From a virus, in IMG/VR virus record IMGVR_UViG_3300009790_002068, positions 19,165-83,164 of that record: a DNA stretch of 64,000 nucleotides, one strand, 5' to 3'. This document shows positions 37,256-46,901 of this stretch, one piece after another. Positions within the stretch are counted from its first letter, which is position 1, and each line of letters begins with the position of its first letter. Both the position numbers and the translations under genes were made by a program. The notes beneath the pieces are model-generated. The model was given only the letters and a program-made list of their open reading frames with translations. It made no database searches and was not told the origin of the DNA.

Positions 37256-38670
37256 ACCCTTGAATGATCCTTTATAGTAACTTTACCTATAATATGAGGA
37301 GGGCTACTAGCTTGGACAATGTCTGGTAGTTTACTTTTTTGTAATTTGTTTGGTCCTGAAAAATATAACTGCTCTGTAACGTGATATATGTCATGGGGTC
37401 TTTTAGATTCTTGAGCTTCTTCTATGTAATGTTTAGCAACTTCATTTATGTTTGCTGTTCCTGTATAAATCAAGTGATGTATTTCACCTTTTTCACAACT
37501 AGCAACATTTTCAACTCCCTCAACTTCAAGTGCCAATGCTTCAACTAGTCTTGTAAAAATTTTAACACCACCTTTCATAAAAATAACGTCATCAAATGCT
37601 CTACCCTGGAAATACCACATACCATTTTTGTTTTCAAATTTGTCACCATCTGTGTGCCAGTCTAGTGTTCCGTATTTGTACCAAAGAATACCTCTTTCGT
37701 CTAGTTTAAGCTCACCGTTATATATTCTGTGTTTAAATCCATAAAAGTTTTCTGTCGGATCACCTCGTCTATACTCTGCCCTTGAATGACAATCTGCTTC
37801 TGTACTTGCCATCATATTGTATATTACTTTAAACTTAAATTTCTGCTCAATAGACTTAAGAACTACTTCAGGTGTATGACCTCCCGAACATTCCCAATAG
37901 TCAATTGTCCAATTAAAATCATCTGGGCAAGAGTCTACTATCTTTTTAATAGCATTTGGATAAGAAATACAACAATTAGGTTTTGCTTTTTGTATTTCTC
38001 CTGGTATATCATCACCGTAGTTTAAGAAATGTAAACTACCACCTATATAATACATTCTAAGTAAATTATAAGGATTGTAAGTTGATGTAAATCCGTGTGT
38101 ACAAAGTACTTTAGGTCTTTCTGTTCCTTTATTAAACTCTGGTGCAACAGCAAACAAATGATTTGTGGAGGCGTGTGCTGTACAGCCTAATAATGTTTCA
38201 CCGTTTACAATAGCATTTTCATGATCTTCGTAATCCCAAAAGAAAGGATACATTTCAAAAATTTCTTTAACAGTAGTTCCGCTTGTTTGGCCTCTGAATA
38301 TTTCTAATGGGTGTAAAATTGTTGGTCCTGTTTCAGCAGGATCAGTTAACATTTCTATTTTGTTTGAACGTATAATACAAGTTGGTTTACAAGTAGCAAT
38401 TAAACTATCTAATTCTAATTTAGATTGTCTAGCTTCTGCGTTTGTTGCCGAGCCACCATTTTTAATACTAGCTAATACCCACAGATAGTCGTCTATTGTA
38501 ACTTGGTCTTCTGTTAAGATAAAAACAACGTGCTGGCCAATGCCATGTTCTTTTAACTTTTCTACTTTAGCGTCTAAATTGGCGTGAAGTTCGCCCCACG
38601 TAATTTGTTCTGTTGATGAACTTAAAAATACTTGATTGCTATCTAATGGTTCTTGATATTGCTTTAACAT
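37252..38670 (-). CDS. Divergent AMP-binding (ANL) adenylation enzyme/ligase
   Basis: TSGTT P-loop, ASTE, H.DGD, FQGR..D.....GG.KI and C-terminal NKLQK motifs. Confidence 0.72.
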   Translation of the reverse strand: MLKQYQEPLDSNQVFLSSSTEQITWGELHANLDAKVEKLKEHGIGQHVVFILTEDQVTIDDYLWVLASIKNGGSATNAEARQSKLELDSLIATCKPTCIIRSNKIEMLTDPAETGPTILHPLEIFRGQTSGTTVKEIFEMYPFFWDYEDHENAIVNGETLLGCTAHASTNHLFAVAPEFNKGTERPKVLCTHGFTSTYNPYNLLRMYYIGGSLHFLNYGDDIPGEIQKAKPNCCISYPNAIKKIVDSCPDDFNWTIDYWECSGGHTPEVVLKSIEQKFKFKVIYNMMASTEADCHSRAEYRRGDPTENFYGFKHRIYNGELKLDERGILWYKYGTLDWHTDGDKFENKNGMWYFQGRAFDDVIFMKGGVKIFTRLVEALALEVEGVENVASCEKGEIHHLIYTGTANINEVAKHYIEEAQESKRPHDIYHVTEQLYFSGPNKLQKSKLPDIVQASSPPHIIGKVTIKDHSRV

Positions 38671-38682
38671 AATATTACTTAT

Positions 38683-39498
38683 TTAACTGTAATCAAAGAC
38701 CTTAGTATAATCGAATGCTACACGCCAAAGCAACCGTGATTTATTCACTACTGGCGAACGTCTGTGTAACGTAGATAACTGATCCATGATTAAGATATCT
38801 CCTTTTTTAAATACAAAATGTTTTTGATAAATTGATCTATCTAATGTAGCTTTGAGTTTTTCTTTAATTTCTTCTACATCAGTAGGCTCGCCATCTTTCC
38901 ATGCTTTTTCTATTAATGGTGGTTGCCAGTATAAGAATTTTTTGCCATCTACTGGGTGGCTATTTACTACAGGCATTCTGTCATCACCTTCATGACGATC
39001 CATTTGTACATATTCATCTAAGCTACCTTCTGCTTGTGGCTGTGCTTCACCATATATACCTGTACCTAAATTGTTTAGCTGTATATCAATAGTACTCCAA
39101 TAATCTTTTTCACGAGAATCAAGGTCATCATATGCTTGTTTACAATTTAATATACTGAATACTGTATCAACACATTCGTTTTCACAATATAAAGCTATTA
39201 GTATTTCTTTAAACTCACCAATATGAAATACTGTACCATTACTATGCCAATGTAAATCACTGTGTCCAAAAAGTCCTGTAGGTCCCGGTGTTACTCTAGT
39301 TACATCTGGATTTTCTTTAGGATTAAAAGCCATATACCCTAGCTTATCGTCATCTGTATTACCTATACGTCTACAATAATCTACAACCTCAAACTGATCC
39401 ATATCTTGTTCATGATGTAATGTATAACCATCATCTAGAATCTTTTGTGCTTCTTGTTTTATTTGGGTATCTGTGAAATTTTTTACTTGAATAGTCAT
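38683..39498 (-). CDS. TauD/TfdA-family dioxygenase-like protein
   Basis: LHWHSNG, P.V..HP..G.K.LY, F..GDILIMDQ..TLHRR and RLLWR motifs. Confidence 0.82.
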   Translation of the reverse strand: MTIQVKNFTDTQIKQEAQKILDDGYTLHHEQDMDQFEVVDYCRRIGNTDDDKLGYMAFNPKENPDVTRVTPGPTGLFGHSDLHWHSNGTVFHIGEFKEILIALYCENECVDTVFSILNCKQAYDDLDSREKDYWSTIDIQLNNLGTGIYGEAQPQAEGSLDEYVQMDRHEGDDRMPVVNSHPVDGKKFLYWQPPLIEKAWKDGEPTDVEEIKEKLKATLDRSIYQKHFVFKKGDILIMDQLSTLHRRSPVVNKSRLLWRVAFDYTKVFDYS

Positions 39499-39516
39499 CT
39501 ATATTACTTTTCTTTT

Positions 39517-39592
39517 TGGTGGAGGATAGCAGGATCGAACTGCTGACCTCCTGAATGCAAATCAGGCGCTCTCCCGGCTGAGCTAATCCCCC
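39517..39592 (-). tRNA. tRNA-Ala (TGC)
   Basis: Cloverleaf with G3:U70, anticodon TGC, encoded CCA. Confidence 0.95.
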
Positions 39593-39676
39593 ATAGGATT
39601 ATAATGATATTTATTTTTTGATCAGAAGCTAACCGTGGCTTCTGGCGTGTGTATTAGGTCACAACCCCATTGAGTA

Positions 39677-40054
39677 CTAATTGTCTAGTTTTATTTCTGT
39701 AAGATCGTTCTCACGGTCAATAAACTTGTACTCTAATTTCGTAGGTTCAAACTGTTTTAGTTCTTCAAATATGACTTCAGGATTTAGCTCTGAACAAGTG
39801 TATACGTCTAACTGTAACAATCCTGGGTCCATTTCGTCCCAACAATGTAGAGCTATATGACTTGTTTCAATGATAACTAAACCAGTGAGTCCTTTATTGC
39901 CTGGCATATCCACATACGTTGTGATGGGGCCTTGGCATATTTTCATCTCTATTTTTTGAACTAGTTCAGTTAACCATCTATGACACCAACTTTGAGATTT
40001 AGGAGTCTTTTTAGTCTCCGCTCTAATAATTAAGTGTTTGTGCCTACTAGTCAT
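39677..40054 (-). CDS. speD: Pyruvoyl-dependent S-adenosylmethionine decarboxylase family
   Basis: HKHLII, G.TG...IETSHIALHCWDE and LDVYTC motifs. Confidence 0.85.
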   Translation of the reverse strand: MTSRHKHLIIRAETKKTPKSQSWCHRWLTELVQKIEMKICQGPITTYVDMPGNKGLTGLVIIETSHIALHCWDEMDPGLLQLDVYTCSELNPEVIFEELKQFEPTKLEYKFIDRENDLTEIKLDN

Positions 40055-40079
40055 ATTACCCTTTGGCTTTACTTATACT

Positions 40080-40295
40080 TTACTGGAAGAATCTCTTTAG
40101 AACGTCAATTCTGTCCATGTGTGTTGCTATAATATCTAATTCTTTTTGTACTGTTTCTAAAATATCTGAATGCTCTCCAATGCCTACTGTCTTTGATAGA
40201 TATACTTCTACGTTAGTTTTATGTAGAGCAATTTCACCTTCAGCATGAGCGATCAATCCAGCTACAATTTTCTCTCTCATTTCTATTTCTGACAT
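40080..40295 (-). CDS. Small hypothetical phage protein
   Basis: H..NVEVYL...VGIGEHSDILE..QKEL pattern; start after the tRNA 3' end with AGAGGG RBS. Confidence 0.7.
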   Translation of the reverse strand: MSEIEMREKIVAGLIAHAEGEIALHKTNVEVYLSKTVGIGEHSDILETVQKELDIIATHMDRIDVLKRFFQ

Positions 40296-40311
40296 ATTCC
40301 CTCTCCTATAA

Positions 40312-40387
40312 TGGTGCCGCTTCACGGATTCGAACCGCGCACCTACTGATTACAAATCAGTTGCTCTACCAAATGAGCTAAAGCGGC
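40312..40387 (-). tRNA. tRNA-Thr (TGT)
   Basis: Acceptor GCCGCTT/AAGCGGC, anticodon TGT, encoded CCA. Confidence 0.95.
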
Positions 40388-40408
40388 CTTCATTACTTAC
40401 TTATTAAG

Positions 40409-40975
40409 CTAAATTAATTCCTTTAAAATGTCTGGTAGACTTTTATCTATTTTAGCAATCCAAGTATCAATACTATAGCATTCATTTTCTCTTTTGTCAA
40501 GAGTTCTTTTGTCAGCATATTTAAAATCAAAGGCTTTTATTTTGCCATTCTCATTGCCACATATATTAGCCATAGCATTATTAAATTTGTATACATTTTT
40601 TTCCTTAAAAAACAAAAAGAGGTCGGTTATTTGCTCTTTTATATTGGGGAAGTGGGTATGTAATGTACCATTCGAATAGTATTCAAGCAACGTAGGGCCA
40701 CCATATTCTTGTATACAGTAGAATCCTTCTTCGTCTTTTAGCTTACCATGTTCATATAACCTTACTACTTTGTCAGACTGTAAACGATATAACCATTTAC
40801 ACTCATTAGTATACATAGTTTCTATTTCTTTTATGTCTTGGAATAATGGAGGTTTGTTTTTAATTGTTATTCCTGTTGGCTTGTATATTTTTTTAACTAG
40901 TTTAGCTTCTTCGTCTATCCAAACTTCTGCTAGAGATCCTCTAGAACTATTGTCGTTAAGATATAGCTGGTACAC
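40409..40975 (-). CDS. Protein-kinase-like fold protein
   Basis: GSLAEVW, LVKK, helix-C E, QEYGG hinge, ANI...AFDF; the canonical HxD is not evident. Confidence 0.55.
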   Translation of the reverse strand: MYQLYLNDNSSRGSLAEVWIDEEAKLVKKIYKPTGITIKNKPPLFQDIKEIETMYTNECKWLYRLQSDKVVRLYEHGKLKDEEGFYCIQEYGGPTLLEYYSNGTLHTHFPNIKEQITDLFLFFKEKNVYKFNNAMANICGNENGKIKAFDFKYADKRTLDKRENECYSIDTWIAKIDKSLPDILKELI

Positions 40976-41654
40976 TTTTTACCTCTCTATAATACTCTAA
41001 CAATAGTAATTCAGCTTTAATAGTTTTGCTTTCGTCGAAGTCTTTACCAAGATGTTTTCTAAACCAATCTATAATTTCGTTTGTCTTTTTATTAACTAGC
41101 ATATTACAAAAATCTACACTTATTTCACACTCTGCTGTATTCCAACTATCAAGATGTTTATCCCAATCATTATTTGGATAAAATTTCTCTGCTCTATTAC
41201 GTTGATACTCACAACTCTCCCACGTTTTAGATTGTAATACTATTCTTTTAATATTTTTATGTACTGTCTGCCAAGGTATTTCGTTCCAGCTATGTAAATG
41301 ATAAACTATCCTGTTGTTCTCTACAGGTGAATTCCAAGTAGGATAAAATTCTGTATTGTTACCACACCAAAACAATTCCATTTGCCTACAAGCTAATAAT
41401 GTTGTTCCTAAGAATTCAAAGAAAGTATTGTAGTCTTGATCTTTAGGTTTATTTTGTTCTAGAAAAAAGTTTACAATACGTTTAGGCAACATTGTATCAT
41501 AATAAACTTCTCCGTTTTCTCTCATAGTTCTTTCATCATCATAGTTTTGGTGCTTATCTAACTCACACCAAAGTCGAGAAAAAAACTGGCCACTAGAGCC
41601 AGGTATGTAATCTATTATTACTAGTTCATTGTTATCTAAAAATTTATATTCCAT
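40956..41654 (-). CDS. Hypothetical protein (P-loop/sulfotransferase-like)
   Basis: IIDYIPGSSGQFF N-terminal loop. Confidence 0.5.
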   Translation of the reverse strand: MEYKFLDNNELVIIDYIPGSSGQFFSRLWCELDKHQNYDDERTMRENGEVYYDTMLPKRIVNFFLEQNKPKDQDYNTFFEFLGTTLLACRQMELFWCGNNTEFYPTWNSPVENNRIVYHLHSWNEIPWQTVHKNIKRIVLQSKTWESCEYQRNRAEKFYPNNDWDKHLDSWNTAECEISVDFCNMLVNKKTNEIIDWFRKHLGKDFDESKTIKAELLLLEYYREVKSVPAIS

Positions 41655-42804
41655 GCTCTAAATATTCCATATACAATTCTACATCTTCATCTAAGTCTTG
41701 TATATTAACTCCTCTTATTGTATTACATTGTTTGATCCAGCCTAAGGTTTTTCTGAGTTTTCTTTCTTCATCTTCTTGTGTATAATTTGTAAGTGAACTA
41801 ACAAACGATAACTTATCTTCATGGGTACAAAACTCTGAAATGTCTAACTCTTTAATTTCGCTTATAGTATCTCTTAATAACTCGTGTGGTATATTTTTAA
41901 TAGAACAGTAGTCAGGTCCGTGTACAAAATTATTAAGTTTAATCTTTGTTTTACTACCCCATTCCTTTGATAATAACCATCTTAACAAGTTTGGTATTTG
42001 CCAAACATTAAACACACTAAACACAGGCATTATTATAAGCTGAATACCGGCGTCTTTTAGCTTCATTAAGTTATCTTCTACAGTATTAAAGTTATAGTTC
42101 CTAATGTAACTATACATAGGTCCTACAGCGTCAATACTAGGGCAAATATGAACGTTTAGCTTCTTAACTACGTCTACAATCGAGTCTGTTATAATCGTAC
42201 AATTACTAGTCATAGCTACTTCGTTCGGCATATTATTTTCAGCCATTTGCTCAAGTAAGTAGACTCCTTCTCTGTTAAAAAATGGCTCTCCGCCAATTAG
42301 CTCTATCTTTAACGAGGGATTAATTTTCATCTTACTTAATAGATCGTCTATAAATGGCCTATCAATTTTAAAGTTTATCTTTAGTAACTCTTTTCTATCA
42401 GCAAACATTTCAGGCATTTGCTTATCATACTGTCGCCAGCCAGTAGAAAAATCACTACCACAAGTAACACAGGCAACATTACATTGATTGCCTAATGCTA
42501 ACTCTACAAATTTTGGTGATATATTTTTTTTGGTAAAAAGTTGACTAGCATTGTTTAAGTTATACTTTTCTCTTTTAGATCTATTGCCTAAATCTTCTTG
42601 TTCCCAACAAGAACGGCATCCTGGATGTTGTAAATCTTTATCAAAAGAATCAATAACTTCTTTTCTAAAATCTGATTCCCAATATTCTGAAATAGTTTTG
42701 TGATTGCCTGCTTTAGTATTATCAAAAGCACAACAGGGTATAAGATTACCCATTGAGGATACAGCTACAGCTTCATATGGCATCCTACAAAACTTGGAAG
42801 GCAC
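41644..42804 (-). CDS. Radical SAM enzyme with N-terminal SPASM/twitch-like domain
   Basis: CRMPY...PCC...C..C at the N-terminus; CNVACVTC (CxxxCxxC), GGEP, SIDA and YIR motifs. Confidence 0.9.
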   Translation of the reverse strand: MPSKFCRMPYEAVAVSSMGNLIPCCAFDNTKAGNHKTISEYWESDFRKEVIDSFDKDLQHPGCRSCWEQEDLGNRSKREKYNLNNASQLFTKKNISPKFVELALGNQCNVACVTCGSDFSTGWRQYDKQMPEMFADRKELLKINFKIDRPFIDDLLSKMKINPSLKIELIGGEPFFNREGVYLLEQMAENNMPNEVAMTSNCTIITDSIVDVVKKLNVHICPSIDAVGPMYSYIRNYNFNTVEDNLMKLKDAGIQLIIMPVFSVFNVWQIPNLLRWLLSKEWGSKTKIKLNNFVHGPDYCSIKNIPHELLRDTISEIKELDISEFCTHEDKLSFVSSLTNYTQEDEERKLRKTLGWIKQCNTIRGVNIQDLDEDVELYMEYLEHGI

Positions 42805-42807
42805 AAT

Positions 42808-43992
42808 TTAAACTCCGTAATCTTCTTGTCCACCTTCACGTTCAATATCTAATGTAATACAATGCCATCCAGCGTCCCAGAAATGTCTGTGTCTGTTTGG
42901 TACATGGATCATCTCAATTCCTTGAGCATTAAACTTTTTCTCAAGTTCGGCATTCTCGGCGTTTACTATTGCTGTCTTTTCATCAAGCATTAATAAGTTT
43001 ACATCAAATACTGTTTCTTCTACAAATCCTACCCAATCTTCTAACCAAGTTTCAACAAAGTCAGTAAACTCGTTGTTATCTTCTTCACCTGGCATCCACC
43101 ATTTTCCTTCATTATGTCTTTTAATTTCTAAGAAAGGTCTTACTTGGTTTAAATTACTATCAGGGAGATAAATTTTCTCCCATCCTGGGAACGATTCAGC
43201 ATAGTGGCCAATATCTTCTGTTGTTAATAATACTCCTGGCTTTAATACATTGAATACAGCATCATTATGACCTCCGATGAATACTCCTTTGTAATTAAAT
43301 TGAGGATATGCTAGTTCCATATAATCAGCAATATCTACAGCTTGTTGAGTATCACAAAAACAAGTCTTACCTACTCTTGTTAACTCTGGGGCACAAAATC
43401 CTGTCATCCTATCTTGTGTATGCTGTTCAGCTTCAAGCTCTAATAATGTATCAATGTCACTATCTTTAACACCTAGTCTACCTAATCTGTTTCTATGATT
43501 AGCTGTAGTTCTAGTAAATTTCTTTTTATCTCTGACAATACTCCAATCAAATTTGTCACCAAACCATTTTTCAAAAAGAGGAACCCAAGGTTTAGATTCA
43601 AAAGCACTTCCTGTCATTACTACTTGGTTACCCATAGTAACAAAATCATCACGCGGATTAAGAGGAGGTACAGGAAGCTGATTACGACCTTTTTCGTGTT
43701 GACCATGCTTATCGCTACCCATTCCCATTTTGCCTTCGTCATCTAGGTAGTCCATAATGCTAGTTTTATACCCTAGCTCTTCTGTAGTTGAAGTATAAGT
43801 TTTTACGCCTTTATCTTCACATACTTTTTTAAGGTTGTCAAGGTCTTCAAGTGTTTCACTTGCTATACGTTGGAGGCAGTCTCTGGCTTTAGGGTTCTTT
43901 ACATCTTCAAAGAACTCTGGAGGGTAAGTAGTGCCAATTACTAACTGCTTTAATGGTTGGAATTCACTCCAGGAATTTACATTATTTGTCAT
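42808..43992 (-). CDS. Amidinotransferase (glycine/inosamine amidinotransferase-like)
   Basis: VNSWSEFQPLK, PRD, H.D, FDVN.L and GWHCITLD..R (catalytic Cys) motifs. Confidence 0.88.
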   Translation of the reverse strand: MTNNVNSWSEFQPLKQLVIGTTYPPEFFEDVKNPKARDCLQRIASETLEDLDNLKKVCEDKGVKTYTSTTEELGYKTSIMDYLDDEGKMGMGSDKHGQHEKGRNQLPVPPLNPRDDFVTMGNQVVMTGSAFESKPWVPLFEKWFGDKFDWSIVRDKKKFTRTTANHRNRLGRLGVKDSDIDTLLELEAEQHTQDRMTGFCAPELTRVGKTCFCDTQQAVDIADYMELAYPQFNYKGVFIGGHNDAVFNVLKPGVLLTTEDIGHYAESFPGWEKIYLPDSNLNQVRPFLEIKRHNEGKWWMPGEEDNNEFTDFVETWLEDWVGFVEETVFDVNLLMLDEKTAIVNAENAELEKKFNAQGIEMIHVPNRHRHFWDAGWHCITLDIEREGGQEDYGV

Positions 43993-44344
43993 TTATATTC
44001 TCTTTATGTTCATTAATATTATCAGGGAAATCTCTATAAAGGAAATGCTGAATTGTTTCAACATCAACTAGTTGGTTAAAGCCAACATGGTCTTTTTCTA
44101 TGTTCTTTTCATTTGTTACTACACTTGACATAGCATTATCTAACTGTGTCATGTTTTTAAACTCCATATCAATACGGAATTCTGGTAAATCCATACTTCT
44201 AAAACCTAGCTTCATTCTTGTAATTCTATAAGTTTCCATTCTACCTAGTTCAACCATATGATCTAGGAACTTACTCATATTTTTTACGAAGGCAAAAGCA
44301 TTAGTGTCTTCAGTATGATCAGCGTAAATTGTATAAATGTCCAT
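43982..44344 (-). CDS. Hypothetical protein (DUF6614-like dimeric alpha/beta barrel)
   Basis: RITR.KLGF...LPEF.I.MEF....QLD.A and LYRDFPD motifs. Confidence 0.6.
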   Translation of the reverse strand: MDIYTIYADHTEDTNAFAFVKNMSKFLDHMVELGRMETYRITRMKLGFRSMDLPEFRIDMEFKNMTQLDNAMSSVVTNEKNIEKDHVGFNQLVDVETIQHFLYRDFPDNINEHKENINDK

Positions 44345-44360
44345 CCAGGACCTCCTTTTA

Positions 44361-44368
44361 TATAAATA
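44361..44368 (+). promoter_or_regulatory. T4-type late promoter box
   Basis: TATAAATA 32 nt upstream of the 44401 start. Confidence 0.6.
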
Positions 44369-44400
44369 ATTATCATAGCATATAACTCGAAAGTTAATTC

Positions 44401-45087
44401 ATGAAAATATACTACGATCACGTTTATGGTACAATGGAAAAACTTGATATCCGTTGTTCCGAAATTCTAGCAAAACACGTTAAACCAGAAGAGGAATTAA
44501 AAGCCCTCGACATGGGTTTCCTATGGCATAGCGTAGAAGGTGATTACGACATATGGTATAATTCACGTTCTGTTAGGGTTGATTTAAGCACTTGGAAAAC
44601 CAAAAGGAAAAAACCTGTATGGCATAACGTGAAAGAACTTAAACGTAACGACCCTCGTTGGCTTCCTATGTACAGCAAGTACATAAAAAGCAAAAACTTA
44701 TACCCGTATCCAGGAGATGATGAAGTACACAAAGAAAACAAACTGCTAGGATACTTTGACGATAGCGACAAACTAATAGGCATCTCTAAAATTCGCGAAT
44801 ACGTTGGTGCTTGGGAAACTTGTATATTTGCCCACGATCATTCTATTCCTCATTTTGGCAGAATGACACTTGACCACGAAATTCATCTTGCTTCACAACT
44901 AGGACACAAACATCTTTACATAGGTTCTGGTTATGAAAAAACTTGTATATACAAAGGCAAGTTAAAAGGTTTTGAATTTTGGACTGGCGAAAAATGGAAT
45001 AGCAACAAAGAGGATTATATTAAACTTTGTCAACGTGATAGTTTAATTAAATCTCTTCAAGATCTTCATGATGTTGTCTCCAATTAA
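44401..45087 (+). CDS. Aminoacyl-tRNA-protein transferase (ATE1/Bpt)-like GNAT protein
   Basis: L..GF, RSVRVDL, Y.KY, G...L..EI..A...G..HLYIG.GY.....YK resemble the ATE_N/ATE_C domains. Confidence 0.6.
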   Translation: MKIYYDHVYGTMEKLDIRCSEILAKHVKPEEELKALDMGFLWHSVEGDYDIWYNSRSVRVDLSTWKTKRKKPVWHNVKELKRNDPRWLPMYSKYIKSKNLYPYPGDDEVHKENKLLGYFDDSDKLIGISKIREYVGAWETCIFAHDHSIPHFGRMTLDHEIHLASQLGHKHLYIGSGYEKTCIYKGKLKGFEFWTGEKWNSNKEDYIKLCQRDSLIKSLQDLHDVVSN

Positions 45088-45562
45088 CTACATCATCTAA
45101 ATTCTCTTTACTCCAAACATCATAGTAACCTTTCTTTTTAAGAAACCCACTAAACATTTGTATTTTACTTAAACGTTGCATCAGTACTATAGGATATTTT
45201 CCGTTGTTCATTATTACACCGTTAATATTTTCTTCATCGTCTGGATGGTCTTCTAATGCTACAAAATTATTACCCATTAAGTAACGTTTATTAATACTAT
45301 CTACTAATCTGCTTAATTCTTTTGATGATACGCCTGGAACAAATATAACACATACATCAATATCTTCATTCCATAATTCTGCTTTTTTAATCAAGAATAA
45401 ATCAATATCTACATTTGCTACATCATAAGCTACCTTGTTATCAATTATGGCCTGTTTAGCATAAGGGCAAGGTGGAAAGTTATTCAAGTTTGGGTTTGGT
45501 TGTGTAACAAAATCATTAATCCATGATTTTATATAACCTGTTGCTTCTTCTAAATCAAACAT
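45047..45562 (-). CDS. Hypothetical protein (DUF1415-like)
   Basis: WI..FV...PCPYA, DHP and LMQRL motifs. Confidence 0.6.
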   Translation of the reverse strand: MFDLEEATGYIKSWINDFVTQPNPNLNNFPPCPYAKQAIIDNKVAYDVANVDIDLFLIKKAELWNEDIDVCVIFVPGVSSKELSRLVDSINKRYLMGNNFVALEDHPDDEENINGVIMNNGKYPIVLMQRLSKIQMFSGFLKKKGYYDVWSKENLDDVVNWRQHHEDLEEI

Positions 45563-46502
45563 GAATATTTACATCTCCAAATGTACTTTTTATTATGTCG
45601 TTATTTTCAAAAGTGTATCCGTATAAAATAGAGTTTGGTGTTGCCATCATACTTTTAGCAACTTTCTCTAACCTATAATGTCCATAACGCCACCATGCCT
45701 CAGGAAGTGTTAATTTTAAACCAAATAGCCACGTAACATTATCTCTTTCTTCTTGTATAATTTTTTCTAATTCTTCTATAGTATCAAATTCTAATGAAAC
45801 ATCATAATGACTCTTAAATTCGCTTGGTATATTCATTCCTTTATAATATACTAAAGTTTTTGTTCTAAAAGATAAAATTTCTTCACGCTCAGAAGCTGTC
45901 ATATTTTTAATTTGCTCTGTATATTGTCCAGCAAATTCATTATCCTTCCATACCTCTGCTTTATCTACCCATTCTAAAAAGTCTTTTCTATTTTCTTCGT
46001 ACTTGTCTTTCTCTAAGAATAACGATTCCTTTTGCTCTACTACTTCTACTTTTAAGTTATTTGCTTTACACTTTTCTTCCCATTCTTCTATAGTACTACC
46101 TTGAAAGCAATCATTGTGTACGGGGTTTAAGATAGCAAAATGTCCTAAACTAGATTTCATCATGCCCCAGTCATATTCAGTATTAGAATCATTCTCAAAT
46201 TTTTCCTGCATTTGGTTTGATATATTATCTAGTGTTTCAAAATACATAAGTGACCCAGGTTTAACCCAAACAACTTTAGGAGCGCCTGGCATCGTAGAAA
46301 CGTGCCATAGTATTCTGTTTAATGGTTCTTTACCGTCATTAATAATAACACTATTCTTATGTTCAGCTGAAAACTTCACTTGTAAAAAAGATTCAGTAAA
46401 AGAACATTTTGATCTAGTATTAGAATCTTGCTCTGGAGACCAACAACAAAAAATTAGTCCGTTAGTGTGTGCTGATGACCCTAAAATATACTTTAGTAAC
46501 AT
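45555..46502 (-). CDS. Hypothetical protein
   Basis: 315-aa ORF in the operon. Confidence 0.6.
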   Translation of the reverse strand: MLLKYILGSSAHTNGLIFCCWSPEQDSNTRSKCSFTESFLQVKFSAEHKNSVIINDGKEPLNRILWHVSTMPGAPKVVWVKPGSLMYFETLDNISNQMQEKFENDSNTEYDWGMMKSSLGHFAILNPVHNDCFQGSTIEEWEEKCKANNLKVEVVEQKESLFLEKDKYEENRKDFLEWVDKAEVWKDNEFAGQYTEQIKNMTASEREEILSFRTKTLVYYKGMNIPSEFKSHYDVSLEFDTIEELEKIIQEERDNVTWLFGLKLTLPEAWWRYGHYRLEKVAKSMMATPNSILYGYTFENNDIIKSTFGDVNIHV

Positions 46503-46885
46503 ACTAATAGTGTTCCTTCAGCAAGTGTTGTATCTTCATCAATGTATTCTTCTTTATCATATGTGATTAAATATTCTCTCTGTCGATACTTTTTGTTATT
46601 TTTTAAAACTACTTTGTTACTAACATAAAAGCATTTTTTAAAATCTGTTATTTCTATCTCTCTAGGTGATGCTGTATTATACAACATTATTCGTTCAATG
46701 TCAAACTTTTTTATGTGTGAATCTAAAACATCTTTTCCATTTTTTAAATCTGTTTTCCATTTTTTGTCATAGATAACTGTTCCTTCTCTGGGTGTAATTT
46801 TTGAGAGTTCTTGTAGCTCTTTTTTACAACCAGCACTGATGGTGGGAACATAAAAGTGGTTATCGAGAGATGATTTATTATCCAT
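46493..46885 (-). CDS. Hypothetical protein (possible remnant of a DNA-methylase-like domain)
   Basis: 130-aa ORF; function unclear. Confidence 0.5.
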   Translation of the reverse strand: MDNKSSLDNHFYVPTISAGCKKELQELSKITPREGTVIYDKKWKTDLKNGKDVLDSHIKKFDIERIMLYNTASPREIEITDFKKCFYVSNKVVLKNNKKYRQREYLITYDKEEYIDEDTTLAEGTLLVCY

Positions 46886-46901
46886 TAATTGTCTTTATAA
46901 G

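Noticed and set aside
40296-40325. N-terminal extension of ORF 40080..40325
   Set aside because: It overlaps the 3' end of tRNA-Thr; a downstream ATG with an RBS is more plausible.
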